Source of the DNA: Candidatus Gottesmanbacteria bacterium
Lineage (GTDB): Bacteria; Patescibacteriota; Microgenomatia; UBA10105; UBA927
DNA: 64,000 nt
NCBI GenBank assembly: GCA_963714095.1
Contig: OY970230.1
Location: 895,907 to 959,906, forward strand
Direction of reading: 5' to 3'
In this document: in pieces, positions 9,889-19,932 of the stretch
Layout: every line of letters begins with the position of its first letter
Numbering within the stretch: position 1 is the stretch's first letter
The notes under the pieces: model-generated
The model's input: the letters and a program-made list of their open reading frames with translations, nothing else
Told to the model about the DNA's origin: nothing
The model's database searches: none
Translations under genes and position numbers: made by a program

Positions 9889-10631
9889 TGACTAGGTATA
9901 GTAAATATAAATACGTCGGATTGGATTTCTTTGCCCGATACATTGATGATAAAAAAATATTGGTAGGTGCCGGCCGGAATGTTCGGTATGGTGAGTTGAT
10001 GAGCGCGGTTATCGCTTGTTTGCATCAGGTGCGAAAAGTTTTGAAACGAAGGAATGTGAACCGTCACGGCTGCATCAACCCCGGTCGTTGCAGCGATAAG
10101 GACCGTGGTATAGTCGGCAGCGTGATAAACCGCATGATCGATAAGAATTTCTTTTGCCTGTAATCGGTTGTTTTGTTGCTGCTGTAAACCCTGAAAGGTT
10201 ACCGCGAGCCCTCCGGATAACAATAATAAGACAAGGCTGGCAAGAAGGATGCTGCCGACATTGGGCATCGCAACGTGCCAGATTTTATGGTATTGGATTT
10301 TCGCTTGCTGTGCTTTTTTGAATGCGGCAAGTTGCCCCGCTGGAAAAAAGTATCCGTGATGATTAGGGCACTCATAAACTGATACGTCGTCGGGGATATT
10401 GTCGCCGGTAGACCGCGCAAGCTTTTTGGTACAGACAGGACAATAATATGCGGGCGGGGCAGTTGTAGGAGCAGTAGCACGGTCAATGCCCGCTGTTTTT
10501 ATGAAATTCGCGGCGAATGAATCCATCCAGTAGCCTCGGCAACTTGGGCAGGTGGAATAAGAAACCGTCAGGCTGTTTTCGCCTTGCGCGGTATGGTTTA
10601 TCAGTTCTGCATCACCAAACGGGCACTTCAT
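9885..10631 (-). CDS. Membrane protein with N-terminal zinc-ribbon (zf-TFIIB-like) repeats
   Basis: CP...CPSCRGYWMD and CPVC...CPNHHGYFF motifs, then one TM helix and a beta-rich outer domain. Confidence 0.6.
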   Translation of the reverse strand: MKCPFGDAELINHTAQGENSLTVSYSTCPSCRGYWMDSFAANFIKTAGIDRATAPTTAPPAYYCPVCTKKLARSTGDNIPDDVSVYECPNHHGYFFPAGQLAAFKKAQQAKIQYHKIWHVAMPNVGSILLASLVLLLLSGGLAVTFQGLQQQQNNRLQAKEILIDHAVYHAADYTTVLIAATTGVDAAVTVHIPSFQNFSHLMQTSDNRAHQLTIPNIPAGTYQYFFIINVSGKEIQSDVFIFTIPSQ

Positions 10632-10650
10632 AGAACCAGTATAGCGTATT

Positions 10651-11358
10651 TTAATTCCACCGCGCGAAGAATTCGTAGGTAAGGAGTTTATTTTTCATAA
10701 AAAATGCAGTTTGAAAGGGAAGTTTCGCAATCGGGGAGACAAATTGGGACCGGTGTGCGTGCAGTGATTTCAGTTTTGCGATGATATCCCCCGGCCGTAA
10801 TTTCAGTTGAAAGTCCGGTTGCATGGGCTTGATATGTTTCTTTTTTGCCATCCAGACCGCGGGTGGTAACGTATAGGAGGGGGAGACCGTGATATACAAG
10901 AGCCGGACGGGTTTTTTTACCGTTTGGGTAACGAATGCGGATAATGCCACGTGGTCTGGGTGTCCGTAAACGCCGTCAGGTTCAAGCGTTGCGACGTGGG
11001 TAGGCTTAAATTCCTGAATATTTGTGCGGATGGTTGCTTTAATTTTTGCCTCAAGATTTTCCAAATTTCCGTCCGCGTAACGATAGATATGGAAGTCGTT
11101 AATTCCTAAAACACGAAAGGAGTGAATCAATTCTTTTTCGCGAACCTGCGCCAGATCATCCATCGCTTTAAGTCCGTACCGGAGCGTACTTTTTTCGCCG
11201 ACGGTCATTGTGATGACACGGGTCATGATTCCGTTGGCGCTGAGGATATGCAAAAGACCGCCGCAAAAAATCGCTTCATCATCGGGGTGCGGCATAACAA
11301 CAAGTATACGGCTCGTAAGAACTATTCCTATTGCGGAAAGCCTGTGTATTGTCACCAT
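10651..11358 (-). CDS. PIG-L/LmbE family deacetylase
   Basis: PHPDDE, GHPDH and AHRSQ motifs. Confidence 0.9.
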   Translation of the reverse strand: MVTIHRLSAIGIVLTSRILVVMPHPDDEAIFCGGLLHILSANGIMTRVITMTVGEKSTLRYGLKAMDDLAQVREKELIHSFRVLGINDFHIYRYADGNLENLEAKIKATIRTNIQEFKPTHVATLEPDGVYGHPDHVALSAFVTQTVKKPVRLLYITVSPSYTLPPAVWMAKKKHIKPMQPDFQLKLRPGDIIAKLKSLHAHRSQFVSPIAKLPFQTAFFMKNKLLTYEFFARWN

Positions 11359-11392
11359 GATTTACTATTATAACCCATGCTATACTAAATTT

Positions 11393-12016
11393 ATGAGTAA
11401 AACCGAACAATCGCTGTTTAAATCTTTTCTCGTATTTATTCTTCTGGTCGCAATCGGTGTTGTAATCACCATATGGTATCAACAGCGTACGGTGCTGACG
11501 GCAGAAGCAGCCAATCCCACTCCCACACCGGCACTCACGAAACAACCTATGGTACAGGAGACGTCGACGGATTCCTCTCATGCGGATAAAAAATTAATGC
11601 TGCGGACCACGCTTAAATCCGACGGTACGACGGAGTATTCGTATATCGTAGCAGATATATCAGGCGGAAATCCGAAGGTATTTTTTGATAAAACGCTGCA
11701 GGCGGGTGCCTCAATGGCACTTCCGTATAATAGTTGGGATCCGACCGATACGTATGTATTTTTGGAGGAACATAATTCTGGAACAGTGGACTATCTCGTG
11801 CTGAAGGCAGACGGTACACCGTTTGCCGACGGCAACCAATATATAGATGTCGGGGCCGTGTGGGCAAATAAGAACGTGGGCTACACCATCCGTACCGCCA
11901 CAGGGTGGGCATCGGGTACCTTACTTATTATATATACGACAGCGGGTGACGGATCGCACGGTCCGGCGTTCTGGTTTGAAATCCCCTCGACCGCAATTTT
12001 GCAGCTTGCCTCATGA
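11393..12016 (+). CDS. Membrane-anchored hypothetical protein
   Basis: N-terminal TM helix and PTPTP linker; start at MSKTEQ, 6 nt after TATACT. Confidence 0.7.
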   Translation: MSKTEQSLFKSFLVFILLVAIGVVITIWYQQRTVLTAEAANPTPTPALTKQPMVQETSTDSSHADKKLMLRTTLKSDGTTEYSYIVADISGGNPKVFFDKTLQAGASMALPYNSWDPTDTYVFLEEHNSGTVDYLVLKADGTPFADGNQYIDVGAVWANKNVGYTIRTATGWASGTLLIIYTTAGDGSHGPAFWFEIPSTAILQLAS

Positions 12017-12879
12017 AAAAGAGTCATCCACGTTTGAAAATCTTTGGTATCGTCATGGTTTTGATTATTGGGGCCCTGGCAATATTCACGTATTATTATG
12101 TTCCTGGAATATTTATTTATCCGCCGCTTCACAGGTTTCAAAAATCTCCGGCTGCCTACATATCGCAACAGAAAAATATTTTGACCGGTGCGTCCATTTC
12201 TTTAATAGTCGAGGAACACGGGTCGCGGTTATTCCCAAAAGTCGCCCTTACATTTGATGCCGACATGACGCCCGGTATGAAGTTGATGCTTACAACCGGT
12301 GTCGTGAAATCATGGTATAACCGGCAAATACAACCAACGCTTGATCGGGAACACGTACCTGCTACCGTATTTCTTGGGGGATTATGGACGCAAACGTATC
12401 CAATTGAAGCGAAGGCATTGGCTGCTGATCCCCTTATTGAGATCGGTAACCATTCGTATAATCATTACGCGTTTACCTCGACATGTTTTGGGTTGCCATT
12501 TTGGTCTACCATCAAAGATAAAACCGACGATGTGGCAAAAGCGCAGGATATTATCAAAGCGACAACCGGAGTCACGCCGAAATATTTCCGTTTTCCGGGC
12601 GGATGTTTTGAGCATATTGATTTGGAAACAGTCGCAAAGTTAGGATTAACGATCGTCCATTGGGACGTAGTCGCCGATGACGGATTTAATGACAACACCG
12701 ATTCAATCGTCAATGCAGTGGAATCTCAGGTGCAAAACGGTTCGATTATCGTTATGCATATTCACGACGGATCCTATGCACCGAAAACAAATGACGCTTT
12801 AATACGGATTATTCCCGACCTCAAAAAACGCGGATTCCAATTTGTGAAAGTATCCGAATTATTGGCGGGGGAAGAGTAA
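12013..12879 (+). CDS. Polysaccharide deacetylase (CE4/NodB family)
   Basis: VALTFDAD, EIGNHSYNH, FRFPGG and GSIIVMH motifs. Confidence 0.9.
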   Translation: MKKSHPRLKIFGIVMVLIIGALAIFTYYYVPGIFIYPPLHRFQKSPAAYISQQKNILTGASISLIVEEHGSRLFPKVALTFDADMTPGMKLMLTTGVVKSWYNRQIQPTLDREHVPATVFLGGLWTQTYPIEAKALAADPLIEIGNHSYNHYAFTSTCFGLPFWSTIKDKTDDVAKAQDIIKATTGVTPKYFRFPGGCFEHIDLETVAKLGLTIVHWDVVADDGFNDNTDSIVNAVESQVQNGSIIVMHIHDGSYAPKTNDALIRIIPDLKKRGFQFVKVSELLAGEE

Positions 12880-12890
12880 ACGAAATACCC

Positions 12891-13157
12891 TTATTTCCCT
12901 TCGCAACATGTCATGTGCTGTCTATGCATCGATTTTTTCATCCAGCTGATAACAAGTAACAGAATTCCTCCGATCGTCCAGCCCACGTATGCAGGTAAAA
13001 AATAAGCCGCCATCATCCACGTAACGGCTCCGTATACAAAGGCAAGGATTCCGATTGTAAACAGTATATGTTTTCCGCCTCCGTGATGATGATGCATGGC
13101 ACCCGAGCCGCAGCAGGAACATCCGCAGTCACATTTTTTCCCCATTTCTTCTTTCAT
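12891..13157 (-). CDS. Small membrane protein with Cys/His-rich N-terminus
   Basis: CDCGCSCC and HHHH followed by two TM helices; strong SD AGGAGG. Confidence 0.7.
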   Translation of the reverse strand: MKEEMGKKCDCGCSCCGSGAMHHHHGGGKHILFTIGILAFVYGAVTWMMAAYFLPAYVGWTIGGILLLVISWMKKSMHRQHMTCCEGK

Positions 13158-13469
13158 AGTATTCCCTCCTTTAAATATATATCTACTATCTCACAAATAC
13201 CCCGAAGAGCGCAAGGTGGGTAGTCAAATTTCAGTGTTCAGTGAGCCACCTCATTATAAATACGAGGTAGCCAATAGTATACGTAAGTCATAGAAAAAAA
13301 CGAGAGAATTATTAAAACAAGTACTATCGTTATAATTAATTTTTTATTTCTATTCCAAACGGTACTCTCGTTAATTCTATTTAATTTTTTTCTTTTTCTG
13401 CAATAAGGTTGTCTAAAGAATCCTTCATAGGTAAATTATCAAAAAAAAGTTCCGCCGTCATTATTTTTG

Positions 13470-13540
13470 CAGGGCCACGTGGAGTCGAACCACGATCAGA
13501 GGTTTTGGAGACCCCTATTCTACCATTGAACTATGGCCCT
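13470..13540 (-). tRNA. tRNA-Trp(CCA)
   Basis: Cloverleaf AGGGCCA...TGGCCCT, anticodon loop CT-CCA-AA, GTTCGACTC T-loop. Confidence 0.95.
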
Positions 13541-13555
13541 AGTGGATTAATTATA

Positions 13556-14071
13556 TCACGGGAGGATTTGGAGGGTTTTGATCGCCGCGTTAAAGGCGTC
13601 CCCGTAGCCGGCAACAAATGTGTCCATGCCGTTCGTGGGGTGGCGGAAAATGACGGCATCAATCGGGGTCCCGTTCTCGGCGGAATTTTCGTGATAAAGT
13701 TTTGCTGATACGCTGGCACCCGCAGTCGCGGGAATGGTAAACATTTCTATTTTGTCGGCCGTAAGTGCCGGGCGCGGGATAGCTTTTTGGCACGTGAGGG
13801 TTATGGACTGCGTTTTATCAGTAGGATTACTGAATATCGCGCTTCCGGAAGCGTTTTCCAATACGGTAAAGTCTGACGGGTACGAAAATGAGAATCCGCA
13901 ATACGTATCCGTATATGTTTTGATTGTGATATCAGGGGTCGGAGTCGGGGTTGGAGACGGTATCGGCACCGAAACTGTTTGTTTTTGGAGACTTTTACCT
14001 ATATTCACGCCGACAAGAAGCGCGGCGCAGATTGCAAGTACTATCACCAGCAGGTAGGTATTCCGATGCAT
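13556..14071 (-). CDS. Membrane-anchored hypothetical protein (PsbP-like start)
   Basis: TM helix, PT linker, KTYTDTYCGFSFSYP. Confidence 0.65.
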   Translation of the reverse strand: MHRNTYLLVIVLAICAALLVGVNIGKSLQKQTVSVPIPSPTPTPTPDITIKTYTDTYCGFSFSYPSDFTVLENASGSAIFSNPTDKTQSITLTCQKAIPRPALTADKIEMFTIPATAGASVSAKLYHENSAENGTPIDAVIFRHPTNGMDTFVAGYGDAFNAAIKTLQILP

Positions 14072-14077
14072 ACGACA

Positions 14078-14251
14078 TTAATCGAGTTTGCTCGTTTCTT
14101 TGTGTTGCGTGTGTTTTTTACAATACCGGCAATATTTATTCAGCGTAAGTTTTTCCGGCGTATTTATTTTATTGCGGACTGAAATATAGTTTTGATGTTT
14201 ACAGACAGAGCAGACGAGTGCAAGCAACTGTCGTTGATCTTTTTTGGCCAT
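14078..14251 (-). CDS. rpmG: 50S ribosomal protein L33, Zn-binding form (missing from the ORF track)
   Basis: Manual translation MAKKDQRQLLALVCSVCKHQNYISVRNKINTPEKLTLNKYCRYCKKHTQHKETSKLD. Confidence 0.95.
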   Translation of the reverse strand: MAKKDQRQLLALVCSVCKHQNYISVRNKINTPEKLTLNKYCRYCKKHTQHKETSKLD

Positions 14252-14294
14252 AGGCACTTATTATACCGTACTGGTGAGGGTTTCTCAACTTTCT

Positions 14295-14681
14295 TTATTC
14301 GCGCATGACGAGGTGTTCCTCAAACCGTTTCGCTTCAAAAAATTTGACGCAAAAATCACGGGTTTTTTGCGGGTCGTACCATGCACAGGAAAAAATATTT
14401 AAATAAATACTTTTTTTGTACTCCGAAAAATGTGCGGTGACGGAACTGGTTTCAATTAACTGCACTAAAGAGTAGCCGCTGGTCATCGGGTTTTCATGAC
14501 CGAAGTGAGGAATGAATGCTTCCCCATACCGTTTCATTTTTATGACATTGTCACACAGCTCGATAACGAATTTTTTTATTTCTTCACCCGAAGAAATTTT
14601 TTCCGGACTGCACTCATATAAATTCAGTGTGAGTTCCTGTCCGTAATATTGGTCGTATTTTTTGTCGGGTGCATTTAACAT
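14295..14681 (-). CDS. speD: S-adenosylmethionine decarboxylase proenzyme family protein
   Basis: GYSLVQLIETSSVTAHF self-cleavage region, YLNIFSC. Confidence 0.75.
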   Translation of the reverse strand: MLNAPDKKYDQYYGQELTLNLYECSPEKISSGEEIKKFVIELCDNVIKMKRYGEAFIPHFGHENPMTSGYSLVQLIETSSVTAHFSEYKKSIYLNIFSCAWYDPQKTRDFCVKFFEAKRFEEHLVMRE

Positions 14682-14860
14682 AAAAATAAATAAAAATAAT
14701 TTCCGTGTCTACTTAAATAATTGCATATATATATGAAATGTCAATGAGTATTTTCAAAATGAATACTTTTTTAGGATGGTGCAAGTATATTTTTTTGATA
14801 AAAAATATTTAAATGGGAATACTGCATGAAGAAATGCAGTGCGAATATCGGAACGACGGG

Positions 14861-14932
14861 AGCCTGGAGCGGGAATCGAACCCGCGACCACGTTCTTACC
14901 AAGAACGTGCTCTACCACTGAGCCACCCAGGC
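14861..14932 (-). tRNA. tRNA-Thr(GGT)
   Basis: Cloverleaf GCCTGG...CCAGGC, anticodon loop TT-GGT-AA. Confidence 0.95.
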
Positions 14933-15006
14933 GGCTTGTGCTATTGTATCAAATATTATACTTCGCGTGAATGATTTGTTTAACTTTGCCCGACTATATA
15001 TCTGTC

Positions 15007-15948
15007 ATGAAAAAGATATTGGTTACGGGCGCATTCGGACAGATAGGATCAGAGCTCGTTCCTGCATTACAAAAATCGTACGGGAAGAAAAACGTCATCG
15101 CCGTAGGACATACCCATATACCAAAAGATTTTGACGGAATTGTCGAATCAGTAGAAATTACGGACAATAAAGCAGTCACGACAGTGCTTAAAAAACATAA
15201 TGTCGGTACCATTTATCACCTCGTGTCACTTCTTTCCGCAAAAGGCGAAATAGATCCGTCTCTTACATGGACCATTAATATGAGCGGATTAAAAACAGTG
15301 CTTGATTACGCCGTTGAAAATAAGTTGAAAGTTTTTTGGCCCAGCTCCATTGCTGCATTCGGCCCGACAACTCCGCGGGTTAAAACCCCGCAGCGGACGG
15401 TTTTGGAACCAACGACAATGTACGGAGTCACGAAGTGTGCAGGGGAAAATCTCGTGAATTATTATCACTCGAAGTACGGTGTCGATGTGCGAAGCGTACG
15501 GTATCCGGGACTAATCAGCTGGAAAGCGCCGCCCGGCGGGGGAACCACGGATTTTGCCGTCGCTATTTTTTATGACGGGCTGCAAAAGGGGAGCTATGAA
15601 TGTTTTGTCCGTCCGGATACAAAATTGCCGATGATGTATATGGACGACGGAATCCGGGCAACGATCGAGCTTATGCAAGCAGACTCAAAAAAATTGACTA
15701 TTCACAACAGTTATAATCTTGCAGCAATTAGTTTCACCGCGCAGGATTTAGCAAAAGAAATTAATAAGCATATAAAAGTGAAAGTGACATACAAATCGGA
15801 TTTTCATCAGAAGATTGCAGACTCGTGGCCGCAGTCGATTGATGATTCACTTGCCCGACGTGATTGGGGATGGCGCCACGAGTTTACGCTTGCGAAAATG
15901 ACGGAGGTGATGATTAAGAATTTGAAAGTGAAATTCACCGTGGTATAA
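15007..15948 (+). CDS. tdh: L-threonine 3-dehydrogenase (SDR type)
   Basis: [39 protein letters not shown]; adjacent to kbl. Confidence 0.88.
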   Translation: MKKILVTGAFGQIGSELVPALQKSYGKKNVIAVGHTHIPKDFDGIVESVEITDNKAVTTVLKKHNVGTIYHLVSLLSAKGEIDPSLTWTINMSGLKTVLDYAVENKLKVFWPSSIAAFGPTTPRVKTPQRTVLEPTTMYGVTKCAGENLVNYYHSKYGVDVRSVRYPGLISWKAPPGGGTTDFAVAIFYDGLQKGSYECFVRPDTKLPMMYMDDGIRATIELMQADSKKLTIHNSYNLAAISFTAQDLAKEINKHIKVKVTYKSDFHQKIADSWPQSIDDSLARRDWGWRHEFTLAKMTEVMIKNLKVKFTVV

Positions 15949-15958
15949 TGCACTGCGT

Positions 15959-17152
15959 ATGCATCAGAATGATCCCTTGAAACCATATTACGATTCGATT
16001 GCTCAGATGAAGGAGAAAGGTTTGTATACGACCCTTCGTACCGTTGAGTCCCCGCAGGGCGCATGGCTTATCGTAAACGGGAAACGTGTTTTGAATTTTT
16101 GCTCCAACAATTATTTGGGATTTGCATCCGATAAACGGTTGGTTGACGCAGTGACACGTGCGGTACGTGAGTATGGTGTGGGACCCGGTGCCGTTCGTAC
16201 ATTGTCGGGAAATCTGAAACTCCATGAACAGGCAGAAAGTGCGATTGCGCGTTTTAAACAGGCGGAGGCAGCATTTTTACTGCCGAGCGGATTTGTCGCT
16301 AACATCGTTGCCATACAGACCATCATGGGGAAAGAAGATGTTGTTATTTCCGACGAACTCAATCATGCTTCCATCATTGATGCCATAAAAATCGCGCAAA
16401 TTAAAAATAAATTTATCTATCGACACAGTGACATGAAGGATCTGGAACGGGTTTTGAAAGTTGCAAAGAAAATTCCGGGACATCATATCATCATGATCGC
16501 AACGGACGGGGTGTTTAGTATGGACGGTGATATTGCCAAACTTCCCGCAATCGTGAGGCTTGCCAAAAAATACGGTGCCATCACGATGGTGGACGATGCA
16601 CACGGTGAAGGAGTCTTGGGGGGTGGCAGGGGGATTGTGCATCACTTTAACCTTCACGGGAAAGTGGACATAGAAGTAGGTACATTTTCCAAAGCATTCG
16701 GATGTTTGGGTGGTGTTATCGCAGGGAAGAAAGAGCTTATCGAATATTATAAACAAAAAGCCCGTCCGTTTTTATTCTCCACAGGACTCACGGTTGCCGA
16801 TACCGCGGCAATTATTGAAGCCATCAGGGTGCTTACGAAATCAGCGTCGCTGGTCAATAAATTGTGGGACAATGCAGACTATCTTAAAAGAGGATTTAAG
16901 AAACTCGGATTCGATACGGGACATAGTGAAACGCCTATTACGCCCGTGATGCTCGGCGATGAAAATTTAGCAAAAAATTTCAGTGCAAGAATGTTTGAAA
17001 ACGGCGTATTCGCCACTCCCATAAAATATCCGATGGTAGCACTTGGTAAGGCCAGGATCCGCGTCATGCCCTCGGCTTCCCACAGCAAAAAAGATCTCGA
17101 CGTGGGGTTAGCAATGTTCGGTAAAGTTGGAAAAGAATTAGGCGTGCTGTAG
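15959..17152 (+). CDS. kbl: Glycine C-acetyltransferase (2-amino-3-ketobutyrate CoA ligase)
   Basis: [40 protein letters not shown]. Confidence 0.88.
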   Translation: MHQNDPLKPYYDSIAQMKEKGLYTTLRTVESPQGAWLIVNGKRVLNFCSNNYLGFASDKRLVDAVTRAVREYGVGPGAVRTLSGNLKLHEQAESAIARFKQAEAAFLLPSGFVANIVAIQTIMGKEDVVISDELNHASIIDAIKIAQIKNKFIYRHSDMKDLERVLKVAKKIPGHHIIMIATDGVFSMDGDIAKLPAIVRLAKKYGAITMVDDAHGEGVLGGGRGIVHHFNLHGKVDIEVGTFSKAFGCLGGVIAGKKELIEYYKQKARPFLFSTGLTVADTAAIIEAIRVLTKSASLVNKLWDNADYLKRGFKKLGFDTGHSETPITPVMLGDENLAKNFSARMFENGVFATPIKYPMVALGKARIRVMPSASHSKKDLDVGLAMFGKVGKELGVL

Positions 17153-17161
17153 ACTAGGGGT

Positions 17162-18166
17162 GTGAGGAAATTACTTCTCGGTATTTTTATCGGTATACTT
17201 TTTTCTGTTGGCGCGTATTACGGCAAAAAAGCGGTTCAACAGTATGTTTCCTCGCTTGCAACCGTGTCTCCGATTTCTAAAATGCTTGAAAAACCTCTGG
17301 AAAAATATTCGATTCTCCGGCTGAGCGGTAGACAGTACGCCGGGAGTCAAATAATTTTGGATGCGCCAACGGCGACAACATCCGCGTACACAGTATATAC
17401 ATTTCACTATTTTTCAGATGGTAAAAAAGTTACAGGTGTGGCACACGTACCGCGTGGTGCAAGTGAACAAAACAAAAAACCTGTGATTATCCAATTTCGC
17501 GGATATGCAGATCGCGATAAATATTTTCCTGGTGAGGGAACAACCCCGAGTGCCGAAGTATACGCGGTCAACGGATATATTACACTTGCGCCGGATTTTT
17601 TGGGATACGGCGGATCGGATAAATCCTCGCCGGATGCATTTGAAGACCGGTTTCTTACGTATACGACCGCGTTGAATCTCCTGTCTTCCGTTAAAACATT
17701 GTCCATGGCAGATGCATCAAAGGTTGGTATTTGGGGACACAGCAACGGCGGGCAGATAGCACTTACTGTATTGGAAATTTTGGGAAGACCGGTACCGGCT
17801 ACCGTCTGGGCACCCGTTTCCAAACCGTTTCCGTATTCCATTTTATATTATACGGATGATGTCCCGGATCACGGGAAATTATTGAGGAAAGAGTTGGCAA
17901 CATTTGAACAGAATTACGACGTTGAGCAGTATTCATTAACCAATTATTTAAATCGCATTACGGGACCGATGCAGATTCATCAGGGAACCGCAGATACTTC
18001 AGTGCCTGTGAGCTGGAGTGATACGCTTGCACAAGCACTCGAAGCAAGCAGTAGCAGCACCGTGAATTATTTTGTTTATCCCGGTGCGGATCACAATATG
18101 CAGCCAAATGCATGGAATACAGTAGTACAACGGGATGTTATGTTTTTCGACAAATATCTACGCTGA
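17162..18166 (+). CDS. Membrane-anchored alpha/beta hydrolase (S9 peptidase-like)
   Basis: GHSNGG nucleophile, HQGTAD, GADH. Confidence 0.85.
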   Translation: MRKLLLGIFIGILFSVGAYYGKKAVQQYVSSLATVSPISKMLEKPLEKYSILRLSGRQYAGSQIILDAPTATTSAYTVYTFHYFSDGKKVTGVAHVPRGASEQNKKPVIIQFRGYADRDKYFPGEGTTPSAEVYAVNGYITLAPDFLGYGGSDKSSPDAFEDRFLTYTTALNLLSSVKTLSMADASKVGIWGHSNGGQIALTVLEILGRPVPATVWAPVSKPFPYSILYYTDDVPDHGKLLRKELATFEQNYDVEQYSLTNYLNRITGPMQIHQGTADTSVPVSWSDTLAQALEASSSSTVNYFVYPGADHNMQPNAWNTVVQRDVMFFDKYLR

Positions 18167-18179
18167 TCGCACACCCCCA

Positions 18180-18680
18180 TTACGGAGTTGGGAATGTGAA
18201 CGTCGCACTGCATGAAGATGCGGCGTTGAGATCGTCCTTGAGTGCAACATCGACAACAGTCGGCACACCCGGCGTCAGTTGAATTCCGGCTGTTGTACAG
18301 CGGAATGTGCTGCCTCCGCGCTGCGGCATATCCGTCAGCGGACTGGATACCGTTTGTGTCGTGACAACCTTTTTATCGACGGACACGGTCATGACGCAGT
18401 CAACCTTCGACGCCTTTGAGATATCGCCGCCGGCAACCGTCAGATAATATTTCGCAAACCCGATGACCGGGTTATAATATTGTGTATCACATGCCAATTT
18501 CGTAATCGGTCCCGGTGTCGGCGTCGGGGTTATAACCTGAGCAACCGGCGTTGGTGCTGATTCGGGCGTAGATTTGCCGCGCAGTAAATATCCGGCAACT
18601 ACAACTGCGATAAGGACGATAAGTCCCAGGACATAATATTGTTTGGTTCCCATTGACTGGGATTGTTCTTCGTTTTCCAT
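18180..18680 (-). CDS. Membrane-anchored hypothetical protein
   Basis: TM helix, PT linker, Cys-containing outer domain. Confidence 0.65.
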   Translation of the reverse strand: MENEEQSQSMGTKQYYVLGLIVLIAVVVAGYLLRGKSTPESAPTPVAQVITPTPTPGPITKLACDTQYYNPVIGFAKYYLTVAGGDISKASKVDCVMTVSVDKKVVTTQTVSSPLTDMPQRGGSTFRCTTAGIQLTPGVPTVVDVALKDDLNAASSCSATFTFPTP

Positions 18681-18749
18681 ATGAATACCAATATAAAAGT
18701 ATTTTTTTTAAAATGCAAGAGGGTAATTTATTCATGATATACTTAGTCT

Positions 18750-19052
18750 ATGAGCGATACCAAAACACTGGTTGACAGGATTGGTGCCATGACGGAAGAA
18801 AACGGACATAGTAAGGACCCAAAAATTATTTTGCTTTTTCTCATGGAGGAACTAGGCGAGGTTGCCCGTGCGTATCTTAAGGAAGAAGGGCATAAAGAGG
18901 GGAATGACCGCGTGAGGGAAACGTTCCGGCAGGAGATGGGTGACGTATTTTATCTGCTTTTGCGCCTCGCCTGGGCTACGAATACGGATCTGGAAGCGGA
19001 ACTGGTTAAAACCGAAAAGAAGCTGCAGAAATCTTTGCGGTCACCCGTCTGA
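18750..19052 (+). CDS. MazG-like nucleotide pyrophosphohydrolase
   Basis: LMEELGEVARA...QEMGDV. Confidence 0.85.
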   Translation: MSDTKTLVDRIGAMTEENGHSKDPKIILLFLMEELGEVARAYLKEEGHKEGNDRVRETFRQEMGDVFYLLLRLAWATNTDLEAELVKTEKKLQKSLRSPV

Positions 19053-19079
19053 TATATTATTTGTTATAATATGTGATAT

Positions 19080-19164
19080 GTCAGGATGGCGGAGTGGACA
19101 ATCGCAACAGTCTGTAAAACTGTCGCCTTAACGGGCTACCCAGGTTCGAATCCTGGTCCTGACA
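19080..19164 (+). tRNA. tRNA-Tyr(GTA)
   Basis: GTCAGGA...TCCTGAC acceptor stem, CT-GTA-AA loop, long variable arm. Confidence 0.95.
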
Positions 19165-19167
19165 CAT

Positions 19168-19488
19168 ATGAAAGCATTTTTTTTGGGATTACTTTTTTTA
19201 GCGGTCGTTATAGTCGGCGGGTATATCGGGTTGAAATATTTTTATAAACCTCCGGCAGTATCACAAACTCCTCAAACGGCAACTGTAACAAAAACGGGGA
19301 TACTGCAGAAATCTACTATTGCCCAAAGCGATTTTACCCATGTTATCTTCAGTTCCAGCGGATCGGTGGGCGTGGCCACGTTCCAACCAAAAATAAATTT
19401 GGATGACTATATAGGGAAAAACGTCTCCATCAGCGGTCAGTTTTCCGGTGATACCCTTTACGCGGATACGGTTACGGTTATTCCGTAA
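19168..19488 (+). CDS. Small membrane-anchored protein (OB-fold-like)
   Basis: TM helix then LDDYIGKNVSISG...LYADTV. Confidence 0.65.
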   Translation: MKAFFLGLLFLAVVIVGGYIGLKYFYKPPAVSQTPQTATVTKTGILQKSTIAQSDFTHVIFSSSGSVGVATFQPKINLDDYIGKNVSISGQFSGDTLYADTVTVIP

Positions 19489-19493
19489 TTCCT

Positions 19494-19805
19494 ATGCTAA
19501 CCGCTTTCAGACTTCAACAAAAATTGAACGTACCAGCACGTAAATTTCACGCACTCGGAAACTTGAGCCGGTTGTCGATTGTGTACATGCTCGGACGGGA
19601 ACCGATGGAATTCGGCCGTCTTGTCAGTCGCCTTAAAGTTCCTCCGAGTCTTTTATCCCATCACCTCAAACGATTAATGGCTGCGGGTATAGTGACGAAG
19701 ACAAAATTCGGGAAACTCGCGACCTATTATCTTTCGGAAGCGGCGGTGAAAGAAATGGACACGATCCTGCGTAATTTTTTGAGCCCCCAGTCAGAATCGA
19801 ACTGA
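19494..19805 (+). CDS. ArsR/SmtB family transcriptional regulator
   Basis: FHALGNLSRLSIV...LSHHLKRLMAAGIV...YYL; 3' end overlaps tRNA-Thr. Confidence 0.85.
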   Translation: MLTAFRLQQKLNVPARKFHALGNLSRLSIVYMLGREPMEFGRLVSRLKVPPSLLSHHLKRLMAAGIVTKTKFGKLATYYLSEAAVKEMDTILRNFLSPQSESN

Positions 19806-19852
19806 CATCAGCGGTTTACAAAACCGTCGCTCGGCCACTGAGCTATGGAGGC
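19782..19852 (-). tRNA. tRNA-Thr(TGT)
   Basis: GCCTCCA...TGGGGGC acceptor stem, TT-TGT-AA loop. Confidence 0.93.
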
Positions 19853-19932
19853 TGTGGATCCAATTATACTAAAATTTCACAGGGAACAGCAATGCGCGGG
19901 GTTGTCAAGATAAGAAGTGAGTCAATTATTTC

